Source of the DNA: an uncultured Gammaproteobacteria bacterium
Lineage (GTDB): Bacteria > Pseudomonadota > Gammaproteobacteria > CAKMZV01
Length of the DNA stretch: 64,000 nucleotides
Direction: 5' to 3'
NCBI GenBank assembly: GCA_929200535.1
Contig: CAKMZV010000006.1
Span: 3,194-67,193 of the forward strand
In this document: positions 1 through 8,160 of the stretch, piece by piece
Position numbering within the stretch: the first letter of the stretch is position 1
Layout: each line of letters begins with the position of its first letter
The notes under the pieces: model-generated
The model's input: only the letters and a program-made list of their open reading frames with translations
What the model was told of the DNA's origin: nothing
Databases searched by the model: none
Program-made: the position numbers and the translations under genes

Positions 1-230
1 TATTACAAAAAATTGGTGTAGTACCAGAAAGGGTGGGGACATTTATTAAGGAGGTTGAGCAGTTAGGGTGTGCCGCTAAAATTACTGGTGCGGGCTCTAT
101 TAGCGGAGAAAGTGGTGGGGCAGTGATTGTTTTTTATGGTGATGATAATGCGGCTATTCTAAACTCGCTTTACAGTTTAATAAAGCGGTATAACTACATG
201 AGACCTTTGCACAAAAGATATGACAAGTAA
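1..230 (+). CDS. GHMP-kinase family protein, C-terminal fragment (mevalonate-kinase-like); 5' end lies outside the window
   Basis: Frame 3 is open from the window edge. The segment ...AAKITGAGSISGESGGAVIVFY... resembles the C-terminal GHMP-kinase glycine-rich segment. The last ~10 codons (MRPLHKRYDK) and the stop lie inside repeat copy 200-425. Confidence 0.45.
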   Translation, partial: LQKIGVVPERVGTFIKEVEQLGCAAKITGAGSISGESGGAVIVFYGDDNAAILNSLYSLIKRYNYMRPLHKRYDK

Positions 231-425
231 AAAAGCAAAAAATTGCCCTGATTGTCGTTGTGAAACTTGCGAAGACGGACGTATTGGCTACGTTTCACGC
301 CTCAATCAGAACAATTTTTTATCTTTTTTTTTACCTGCAAGCAGTTCAAACACTGTTACTCCAAGGCTCGTAAACTCGCCAAGAGTAAAAACGTTTTTTG
401 TGCCATACTTTTACGCAAAGGTCTC
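200..425 (+). mobile_element. MITE-like palindromic repeat, long variant (226 bp), copy 1
   Basis: Termini are GAGACCTTTGCACAAAAGATATGACAAG ... GCCATACTTTTACGCAAAGGTCTC (inverted). The inner inverted repeat is CTGATTG..GTGAAAC / GTTTCAC..CAATCAG. An internal module of about 66-68 bp (about 333-400) is absent from the 159-bp copies. Confidence 0.8.
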
Positions 426-450
426 ACACTGTGCTCATTTAGTATCAGGG

Positions 451-1221
451 CTATTTGTTATCTTTGTTAGAGCGTTCAAATAACCAAAATCGTATTTTAT
501 ATGGGAGCAAAGAGAGCATCTTCATCGTTATCGCAAAGGCAAATGGGAATGTGATTTCAAAGTGTTTTTTTGGTAATTTCTGAATAATAATCTGTGCAGC
601 TTTATCCGCTGAGATTATAGCAGGCATTGAAAAGGTGTTTTTATCCGTTAAGCGTGTTTTTACAAAACCTGGGTTGATTAGCTGGACTTTTGTATGATAT
701 TTTTTTAGTTCATAGTGTAAACTTTCAGTTAAATTACTGACTGCCGCTTTTGATGCACCATAAGCAAGAGAGTTTGGCATTCCAAAATACCCAGCAACGC
801 TCGAAATAATGGCTAATTGACTCATTCGTTTTTGCTTTATTAGAGGCAAAAAGGAGTCGATAAAATCAAGTAGGCTATTAAAATTAAGAAGAGCAATTTT
901 TTTAGCTTCTCCAAGATTAAAATTTTCGATACTCATTGGTTGATAGGTGCCTGCACAAAAAATAATAAGATGAGTTTGTTTCCATTCAGCTTCTATCTTA
1001 TCAGCCAATATATCAATTTCACTTTTTTTGGCGAGATCACAGCGTATCGCCAAATGATTGCCAGGAAGTTGGTCACATAGGGTATTTATTTTTTCTTCTG
1101 AGCGTGCGACAATAGCAAGAGTTGCACCCGCTTCTGCAAGTTGAGTACATAGGGCCTCACCAATGCCATAACTACCCCCAACAATTAAAATGTTTTTATT
1201 TTTGTAGGTATTATTTATCAC
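451..1221 (-). CDS. short-chain dehydrogenase/reductase (SDR)
   Basis: N-terminal Rossmann motif IVGGSYGIGEAL and catalytic YxxxK (YGASKAA). It overlaps the upstream gene by 11 nt, suggesting an operon. Confidence 0.8.
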   Translation of the reverse strand: MINNTYKNKNILIVGGSYGIGEALCTQLAEAGATLAIVARSEEKINTLCDQLPGNHLAIRCDLAKKSEIDILADKIEAEWKQTHLIIFCAGTYQPMSIENFNLGEAKKIALLNFNSLLDFIDSFLPLIKQKRMSQLAIISSVAGYFGMPNSLAYGASKAAVSNLTESLHYELKKYHTKVQLINPGFVKTRLTDKNTFSMPAIISADKAAQIIIQKLPKKHFEITFPFAFAITMKMLSLLPYKIRFWLFERSNKDNK

Positions 1222-1756
1222 TTATTTTTTGGAAAAAAATGCTTAGTTTAGCAAAGGTAATGCCAAATTTTTTGATTTCTGATTTATTAACAACAACGCC
1301 GTCTTCTAAGAGATACATCCAATCATCGAGGGTAACCTCATAACGTTTTTTTGTTTCTTTGTCCACTTCTAAATCAAGTACGTATTTCATTTGTAAAGCG
1401 TTTCCATATTGAGTGCCTTTTGCTTCTCCAATAACATCATCGGCAGTGGCAGTGAAATTATTATCATCAATAAATTTAATTTTCCAAATACGTTCACTTT
1501 GCTCTCCATCATCGAATGTGAAGTATTCGTGTAGGGTTCCTTCATTGCCATTCCATTTGCCTTCCATATCAACAGTAAATCGACGAGTTACTTTATCACT
1601 ACGATCTTGTAATATTCCCCAAGCCTTTATTTTACCGTTGAGGTAGGTGCGAATATCTAATTTTGGGGTATTGTCTTGATAATCTTGAGGCGTGTTTTTT
1701 GAGCAGGAGAGTATAGTCATAGCGAATAGTATCAAAAAAAATAGTCGGGTTATCAT
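1211..1756 (-). CDS. DUF3833-like lipoprotein
   Basis: Signal peptide with lipobox (ILSC). Size and position between the MFS and SDR genes match the conserved CFA-synthase-like cluster. The family assignment is from memory. Confidence 0.5.
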   Translation of the reverse strand: MITRLFFLILFAMTILSCSKNTPQDYQDNTPKLDIRTYLNGKIKAWGILQDRSDKVTRRFTVDMEGKWNGNEGTLHEYFTFDDGEQSERIWKIKFIDDNNFTATADDVIGEAKGTQYGNALQMKYVLDLEVDKETKKRYEVTLDDWMYLLEDGVVVNKSEIKKFGITFAKLSIFFQKISDK

Positions 1757-3057
1757 TTTAATATTGGTTTAATTGTAAATATTTTATGCATAATAATTGC
1801 AGCAGGTAATCTAAAAATTATAGGGAGTAAAGCATACGTTGTAGAAATAAAGTGCTTTTTATAGAGTATATTATTTTCTAAAGAGCCGATAACGTAGATT
1901 AGGGTCGCAGAGGATAGAGTAAGAGATAGCTTAATCATAAAATTTGTAATGCCAAAAAGTGAGGTTTGGTTAGTTTGGAGGTTATTTTTTTGTATAATGT
2001 CAGTGAGAATTGAATAGGAGAGGGTTAAGTCCCCACCAAAGCCAATCCCCGCAAGCAAGCATATCACTGCGTACAATACAATGTCACCTTCATTTAAAAA
2101 ATAGCACCATGAAAAAATAAAAACTGTAAATATCATTGAAATAACAAACGTTTTAGCTTTATTATTTAAGGTTTTTGAAATTTTTGTCCATAGCATTACG
2201 CCTATTAATAAGCCAAAAAAATAGAGTGCTAAAAATAATCCTGCAAGCGCTTTGGCATTAATAACTTCCTCTATAAAAAATAAAATCAATGCCGCCGGGA
2301 TTGATGCTGCGATTGAGTTTAGCAAAAAAACAGTTAGGTAAGAGCGTAATAAACGATTATTGCCTATGGTGCGGAAAGTGGTTTTAATGTGTTGTTGTAC
2401 TTTTGGTTTTTGTTTAGTAAGATGATTGTTGTTAATTCTTTGCATTGGAGTAGGCTCTGGAGAGTAGCGTAAAAAGAGTAAGGCAAAGAGAGTAATTAGG
2501 CATAAATAAGCCCCTCCTATTATTAAAAAAGCAGTTGTTTCAGAAACAAAAAAATATAGCAATGAAGGTGTGGTCACTGCGGTGATAATACCTAAAATAA
2601 AAGCAATTTCACGGTAGGAAATAATCTGGGTTTTAAGGTGAAAATTTTCACTAAAGCTAACCGCATATGATTGATGATAAATATAAATGACGCTGAATAG
2701 GCTGTAGGTAGTAATAAGAAAAATACTTAACCATATTTCAATTGAAAAAATAGCTATAGGATAAAAAAGTAATAAAAAGGATGCGCCTAAAAGAGGAGAG
2801 AGAAAGGTAATGATTTTTCTTTTGAAATAAGGAAAGCGGTCTCCCAAAAAACCAAACAAAGGATCTTGGATAGTATCAATAAGTCTTGTTAATAATAAAA
2901 TTAGTGCGATACTTTGAAGGCTTATAGCAAAATTATCAGCATAATAGTTTGGTAAATAAATATAGATGGGGAGCCCAACAAAAGATAGGCAAAATGCTAA
3001 TAGGGAGTAAGAAACTAATTCTTTTTTGCTTGGTTCATTATTACCTATATTGCTCAT
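1753..3057 (-). CDS. MFS/GPH-family membrane transporter
   Basis: 434 aa and about 12 predicted hydrophobic helices. It has a GPH-like DPLFGFLGDR motif and a 4-nt overlap with the downstream gene. Confidence 0.65.
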   Translation of the reverse strand: MSNIGNNEPSKKELVSYSLLAFCLSFVGLPIYIYLPNYYADNFAISLQSIALILLLTRLIDTIQDPLFGFLGDRFPYFKRKIITFLSPLLGASFLLLFYPIAIFSIEIWLSIFLITTYSLFSVIYIYHQSYAVSFSENFHLKTQIISYREIAFILGIITAVTTPSLLYFFVSETTAFLIIGGAYLCLITLFALLFLRYSPEPTPMQRINNNHLTKQKPKVQQHIKTTFRTIGNNRLLRSYLTVFLLNSIAASIPAALILFFIEEVINAKALAGLFLALYFFGLLIGVMLWTKISKTLNNKAKTFVISMIFTVFIFSWCYFLNEGDIVLYAVICLLAGIGFGGDLTLSYSILTDIIQKNNLQTNQTSLFGITNFMIKLSLTLSSATLIYVIGSLENNILYKKHFISTTYALLPIIFRLPAAIIMHKIFTIKPILK

Positions 3058-3079
3058 ATAAGGATGAATTGGTTATGAG

Positions 3080-4231
3080 CTATGAGCTATGGGTTAGCGT
3101 ATATTGAATAACATCGGTTCTATTTGTACCAAACCCTGCGGCACAATAAGCAAGGTAGAATTGCCATTTTCTAATAAATTCTTGACTGTATCCTAATTGG
3201 AGAATTTTATCTTGTACAGCATTAAAATTTTCAATCCATTTATGCAAAGTTTTATGGTATGAGGAGGCAAAGGTGAATTTATCTGTAATGTGGAGTTTGT
3301 TTTGCATAGCTAATTTTTTAAAAATATTTGGAGAGGGTAGCAAACCTCCGGGGAAAATATATTCTCGTATATAGTCCGAGGTGCTAATGTATTTTTTATA
3401 AAACTCATCATTGATAGCGATGGTTTGGATAACGGCTTTGCCATCTTTTTTAAGGCATTCCTGAACTTTGGCAAAATAGGTGCTCCAGTATTTTTTCCCA
3501 ACCGCTTCAAACATTTCTATCGATACAATATTGTCGTATTTCCCCTTTTCCATCCGATAATCCCGTAAAGCTGTTTTTGCTTTTAAGTTTTGCTCTTTAA
3601 TTAGTTGGTCACTATACGCTTTTTGCTCGTTAGAGAGAGTTAAACCAGTTACTTCAATACCTATTTTATTGGCTTGTTGAATAAAACCTCCCCAACCACA
3701 ACCAATCTCCAAAGTGTTTGAACCTTTAGAAGATAATTGGTCAATTATTCGTTGGTACTTATTGTGTTGAGATTGATGTAGGGTATCGTCTTTAACAAAA
3801 ATACCGGAAGAATAGCTCATACTTTCATCTAACCAAAGTTGATAAAATTCGTTTCCTAAATCATAATGATATTCAATATTTTTTTTACTACCTTTAAGTG
3901 AATTTTTTCTAAATAAATTTTTTATATTGAAAATTAGCGAGTAGAGATGATTACTATGAAAAATCTCATCTATTTCTTGCTGATTAAGGCAAAGTAATAA
4001 TAATAAATCTTCAATATTATCAGTGGTAAATAAGCCTTCAATATAACTTTTACCCAGCCCAATATCCCCCTTTGACAAGATTAAATCAACCATTCTCCAG
4101 TCTTTGATATGAATGTCTGCCTGCAAGTTGCTATTTTTATCCCCAACCATCATCGTTTGATTATTGGGCATTGTGATTGTTAAATAGCCTTTAGATATTT
4201 TTTCGAGATGTTTAAAAATCTTTTTTTTCAT
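3080..4231 (-). CDS. cyclopropane-fatty-acyl-phospholipid synthase-like SAM-dependent methyltransferase
   Basis: SAM-binding motif LEIGCGWGG and the overall CFA-synthase/mycolic-acid-methyltransferase pattern (YDLGNEFY, HYHKTL, WQFYLAYC). Confidence 0.85.
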   Translation of the reverse strand: MKKKIFKHLEKISKGYLTITMPNNQTMMVGDKNSNLQADIHIKDWRMVDLILSKGDIGLGKSYIEGLFTTDNIEDLLLLLCLNQQEIDEIFHSNHLYSLIFNIKNLFRKNSLKGSKKNIEYHYDLGNEFYQLWLDESMSYSSGIFVKDDTLHQSQHNKYQRIIDQLSSKGSNTLEIGCGWGGFIQQANKIGIEVTGLTLSNEQKAYSDQLIKEQNLKAKTALRDYRMEKGKYDNIVSIEMFEAVGKKYWSTYFAKVQECLKKDGKAVIQTIAINDEFYKKYISTSDYIREYIFPGGLLPSPNIFKKLAMQNKLHITDKFTFASSYHKTLHKWIENFNAVQDKILQLGYSQEFIRKWQFYLAYCAAGFGTNRTDVIQYTLTHSS

Positions 4232-5006
4232 CGATTCCTATTGTCAATTTATTTTTTAGAGGCGGTGGGCACTTAGTATATTTTATAGATTTACTATACA
4301 ACTTAAGAGCTTGATAGTGAATTAATAAAGTTGTTTTTAAGGTAAAAAAAGGAATTTTAAAGAAACTCACAAGTAGATTAGTATTCGTAAATTCTTGAAA
4401 TTGGCAACGCAAGTAAGTGCTAAGCATTAATTTATCTTCGATAAAATAGTTAATAAAAAAATTCACTCCCTTATCATTATATTCAAAACGAAACTTATAC
4501 TCTCCCTCAATTTGCAAAAAAGGAGAAACATAAAACGCTTTTTGTGCCTGTAACCAATCTGTTGAATGAATGGGTTGTGAGTTGTTTTTAAAACATAAGT
4601 AATTATGCTTTTGCCCACAAGTGTTAGTAACCTCGCTAAGGACACAAAGTAATTGTTTTTTTTCATCAAAACAAAGCCAAAAGCTGACTGGGTTAAAAGC
4701 ATAACCCAACACTTTTGGATGAGTTACAAGCACAATATCTTGTATATCGTTAATATTATTTTCTAAAAGTAGGTGAGTAATCCAGTCAGTAAGATTAGAA
4801 GATTTTCCATCACCAAAATTTTTGGGTGCGAGACTAAATAGATTAAATTTCCCGATAGAAAAAAGCGTTTTTTTTAGCTTATCTATTTGTGATATGGGGA
4901 ACGAAATATAAACGCTCTTGTATTTAAAACTGTTCTTTCGGGGAGAGAAGCGCCGATGCATAATCTCCCCTTGAAGCAATAACGGTTTTGCTAAAATTTT
5001 CCCCAT
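4212..5006 (-). CDS. DUF1365 family protein
   Basis: The N-terminus GEIMHRRFSPRKNSFKYKSVY is typical of DUF1365. It overlaps both neighbours. Confidence 0.7.
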   Translation of the reverse strand: MGKILAKPLLLQGEIMHRRFSPRKNSFKYKSVYISFPISQIDKLKKTLFSIGKFNLFSLAPKNFGDGKSSNLTDWITHLLLENNINDIQDIVLVTHPKVLGYAFNPVSFWLCFDEKKQLLCVLSEVTNTCGQKHNYLCFKNNSQPIHSTDWLQAQKAFYVSPFLQIEGEYKFRFEYNDKGVNFFINYFIEDKLMLSTYLRCQFQEFTNTNLLVSFFKIPFFTLKTTLLIHYQALKLYSKSIKYTKCPPPLKNKLTIGIDEKKDF

Positions 5007-6256
5007 GGTATTTCTACTCCTAACTGTTTTGCTACCTCAATTGCAGAGTTAAGCCCATCCTCATGAAAACCATATTTTGTCCATGCTCCACAAAACCACA
5101 TATTTCGTTTTCCCTGGATTTTATGCAAACGTTGTTGGGCATCAATTGCCTCTTGGTTAAACACTGGATGCCAGTAATCGTAGGTAGAGAAAATATCTTT
5201 TTCATCAATTGGGCTGATAGGATTTAGCGTAACAAACAAAGGATAATTATAGTCAATATTTTGTAAATTATTCATCCAATAACTTAAAGAAATCGCGTTT
5301 TTCTTGAAATTCGATTGATAGACCCAACTTGCCCAAGCAGCTTTTTTTTGAGGCATTTGAGTAGCGTCTTTGTGCAAAACTGCTCGATTAGGGTGATATG
5401 TTATCCCTCTTAGAATGGTTTCTTCATCCTGAGTTTTATCAGCAATAATTTGATACGTTTCATCGCTATGAGAGGCAAAAACAACCTTATCAAATATATG
5501 TTTTTCACCTCCATCATCAATGATGATAATTTTTTCATCTTGCTGGTGAACCTTAATTACCGCACAATTTTTTTTGATATTAGCACGGAGATTATCGGTG
5601 ATTTTTTTAACATACTCTTGAGAGCCATTTTTGACTGTGTACCATTGTGGTTGCTTGGTAATGGTGAGTAAACCGTGATTATAAAAAAATTGTAAGAAAG
5701 TGCGAGCTGGATAATCTTTAATTTGCTCTAACGAACAACTCCAAATCGCCCCTGCCATTGGGAATAAATAATATTGTTTAAAATATTTTCCTAAGCCTAA
5801 TTCTGTGATAAATTCATTTAGGGTCTTATTTTTGGCAATCGTTTTTTTGCGTTCAATTAGTTGGCTGGCTTTTCGATTAAAAACCATAATATCTTTCAGC
5901 ATTTTTAAAAATGCCAAATTAAAAAAATTCTTTTTTTGGGCAAATAGACCATAAAAATTATTGCCACTATATTCAAAATTTTGATCTAAATTTTTAACCC
6001 CAAAAGACATATTGCTTTTGATAATTTCCACATCGAGTAATTCAAAAAAGGCTTTTAAATTAGGGTAAGTTCTGAAATTAAAGACGATAAAACCAGTATC
6101 AACATTAATTTTTTTTTCATTGTAATCAATCGATGCTGTATTGGAATGCCCTCCAAGGTAATCATTCTTTTCAAAGAGTGTAATTTCGTGTTTTTGATGC
6201 AAAAGCCAAGCACAAGAAAGACCTGATATGCCAGCACCAATAATAGCAATTTTCAT
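4991..6256 (-). CDS. NAD/FAD-binding amine-oxidase-like oxidoreductase (COG2907-type)
   Basis: Dinucleotide-binding N-terminus MKIAIIGAGISGLSCAWLL...EKNDYLGGHSNT. It is the first gene of the 6256->451 minus-strand cluster. Confidence 0.8.
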   Translation of the reverse strand: MKIAIIGAGISGLSCAWLLHQKHEITLFEKNDYLGGHSNTASIDYNEKKINVDTGFIVFNFRTYPNLKAFFELLDVEIIKSNMSFGVKNLDQNFEYSGNNFYGLFAQKKNFFNLAFLKMLKDIMVFNRKASQLIERKKTIAKNKTLNEFITELGLGKYFKQYYLFPMAGAIWSCSLEQIKDYPARTFLQFFYNHGLLTITKQPQWYTVKNGSQEYVKKITDNLRANIKKNCAVIKVHQQDEKIIIIDDGGEKHIFDKVVFASHSDETYQIIADKTQDEETILRGITYHPNRAVLHKDATQMPQKKAAWASWVYQSNFKKNAISLSYWMNNLQNIDYNYPLFVTLNPISPIDEKDIFSTYDYWHPVFNQEAIDAQQRLHKIQGKRNMWFCGAWTKYGFHEDGLNSAIEVAKQLGVEIPWGKF

Positions 6257-6347
6257 ATTGAGTAGATTTTGTAAAGATAGCTATAAGAAGAGCTACAAGG
6301 TTATTAGAATAGTTTGTCTTAAAGTAGAATATATCACACGTGCTTAT

Positions 6348-6379
6348 AGGTTATGTACAAAAAAGGTTATGTACAAAAA
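6348..6379. repeat. perfect 16-bp tandem duplication AGGTTATGTACAAAAA x2, each unit carrying the palindrome TGTACA
   Basis: Read directly from the sequence. It lies about 90-120 bp upstream of the start of the 6256 minus-strand operon, so it is a candidate operator. Confidence 0.6.
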
Positions 6380-6411
6380 CCGTCATACTCAAGATAAAAG
6401 AATTAACATAT

Positions 6412-6738
6412 TCATTTTGATTTAGCATTCAGGTTTTCTTTGCCCCATTGGCTTATTCCTTCTAATACTGGGATAACACTTCTGCCATATTCAGAAAGAA
6501 AATATTCCACTTTTGGTGGGATTACTGGGTGTATTTGTCTTTCGATAAATCCTTCTTTTTCCAATAACCTTAATTCTTTAGTTAACATATTTTTGCTAAT
6601 AGATCCGATGGTTTTATGCATTGAACCAAAGCGATTGATGTCTTTATAGATAAGAAAAATAACTAACATTCGCCATTTCCCTCCTATCTTATTCATTGCA
6701 TAAGTGACAGGGCATTTTTCAATACTCTCGCTATTCAT
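6412..6738 (-). CDS. HxlR-family winged-helix transcriptional regulator
   Basis: 108 aa. The CPVTYAMNKIGGKWRMLVI... pattern is typical of HxlR/DUF24 regulators. Confidence 0.8.
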   Translation of the reverse strand: MNSESIEKCPVTYAMNKIGGKWRMLVIFLIYKDINRFGSMHKTIGSISKNMLTKELRLLEKEGFIERQIHPVIPPKVEYFLSEYGRSVIPVLEGISQWGKENLNAKSK

Positions 6739-6900
6739 AATGTATCAGTCTAAATGTATCCGTCTAAATAGTTTCACATTAGTCTCAATATAGGACTATG
6801 TTATTTTATTATAACTACTTGAAAAAAATAAAGCAAGAACCGATAATTATTTCTAAATAGTGATATATACCGAGACCTTTTACCAATTTACTAAAAAATA

Positions 6901-7482
6901 ATGTTTACTAAATCATCTTTGCAATGGCGTAATACACAATCCCAATATGGAATTGTCGCAAAAATACTTCACTGGATTATTGCTCTAAGTATTTTTATTC
7001 TTTTTGGTGTCGGACTTTGGATGGTTGATTTGGATTATTATCATAGTTATTACACTCTTGCTCCTTGGATACATAAAAGCGTAGGGATATTGATTTTTTA
7101 CTTAATGATATTTCGTTTGTGTTGGCGCTTATTTAGTGCTTCTCCTACTCCAGTTTCTCAGCATAAAAATTGGGAAAAGATGCTCGCTAAAATGATGCAT
7201 CGATTATTTTATGCACTCATCTTTATTATCTTGGTTAGTGGTTATTTGATTTCTACTGCCGATGGTCGTCCAATAGAAGTATTTAATTGGTTTACCGTTC
7301 CAGCAATAGTCACCTCTATTGATAATCAAGAAGATATCGCAGGATGGGTACATTTCATTACAGCATGCGTTTTGATGGGATTTGTTTTATTACATATTTT
7401 GGGGGCATTAAAGCACCATTTTATTGATAAAGATAATAGCCTCAAGCGTATTTTAGGTTTGACACAAAATAAAAAATTGTGA
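6901..7482 (+). CDS. cytochrome b561 family protein
   Basis: 193 aa with four hydrophobic helices and conserved His positions (ILHWIIAL, HKSVG, HFITA, HILGALKHH). It is followed by a YceI gene, as in the E. coli yceJ-yceI pair. Confidence 0.75.
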   Translation: MFTKSSLQWRNTQSQYGIVAKILHWIIALSIFILFGVGLWMVDLDYYHSYYTLAPWIHKSVGILIFYLMIFRLCWRLFSASPTPVSQHKNWEKMLAKMMHRLFYALIFIILVSGYLISTADGRPIEVFNWFTVPAIVTSIDNQEDIAGWVHFITACVLMGFVLLHILGALKHHFIDKDNSLKRILGLTQNKKL

Positions 7483-7518
7483 AGAGCTTTTTTTTAATAA
7501 TATAACAATAAAAAAACA

Positions 7519-8097
7519 ATGAAACTAAAAAATTTTATTTCCGTAGCTATTTTAGCAAGCACTATGGTAACCGCCTCCGCTTATGCTAAGGATTATGTGA
7601 TTGATACAAAAGGTGCTCATGCTTTTATTCAATTTCGTATTCAACATCTGGGCTATAGTTGGTTGTATGGCCGCTTTAATGAATTCAGCGGTGAATTTAG
7701 CTATGATAAAAATGCACCTGAGAAGTCGTCAATTCAGGTGAAAATTAACACAAAAAGCCTTGATTCAAATCATGCTGACAGAGATAAACATTTGCGTAGC
7801 AGTGATTTTCTCGATACAGGAAAATACCCAAGTGCAAAATTTATCAGCACAAAGTACACTTCTAAAGATAAAAGTAGCGGTACCTTAGAAGGCAAGTTAA
7901 CGCTACACGGCGTGACTAAAGCCATTACAATAGATGTGCAAAAAATTGGTGAGGGCAAGGATCCTTGGGGTGGTTACCGTGCAGGATTTGAGGGAACAAC
8001 AACCTTTAATAGAGAAGATTTTGGTATTACCAAAAACTTAGGACCAAAATCAAAAAATGTTGAAATGATTTTATCCATAGAAGGTATTCGCAAGTAA
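7519..8097 (+). CDS. yceI: YceI-family periplasmic polyisoprenoid-binding protein
   Basis: Signal peptide plus the YceI pattern (YVIDTKGAHAFIQFRIQHLGYSWLYGRF...DSNHADRDKHLRSSDFLD). Confidence 0.8.
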   Translation: MKLKNFISVAILASTMVTASAYAKDYVIDTKGAHAFIQFRIQHLGYSWLYGRFNEFSGEFSYDKNAPEKSSIQVKINTKSLDSNHADRDKHLRSSDFLDTGKYPSAKFISTKYTSKDKSSGTLEGKLTLHGVTKAITIDVQKIGEGKDPWGGYRAGFEGTTTFNREDFGITKNLGPKSKNVEMILSIEGIRK

Positions 8098-8103
8098 TTT
8101 GTT

Positions 8104-8140
8104 CTATCCATCGGCATCTTCATTGCCGATGGATAGTTTT
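8104..8140 (+). terminator. rho-independent terminator
   Basis: Perfect 13-bp stem CTATCCATCGGCA / TGCCGATGGATAG, 7-nt loop, then TTTT. It sits immediately after the yceI-like stop. Confidence 0.8.
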
Positions 8141-8160
8141 ACATTTATGAGAGGAAAAAT

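Noticed and set aside
220-483. Small Cys-rich ORFs readable through the repeat copies (MTSKKAKNCPDCRCETCEDGRI...; also 31342-31467, 267-470 and 9766-9999).
   Set aside because: They exist only because the repeat is present. Their lengths and ends differ between copies. Substitutions between copies are paired across the hairpin arms (GTGAAAC/GTTTCAC versus GTGAAAT/ATTTCAC), which is not codon-like. I treat them as non-coding repeat sequence.
6871-6880. GAGACCTTTT in the HxlR/cytochrome b561 spacer, which resembles the first 9-10 nt of the repeat terminus.
   Set aside because: Similarity does not extend beyond 10 nt, and no partner terminus or internal repeat sequence is nearby. It is probably chance.
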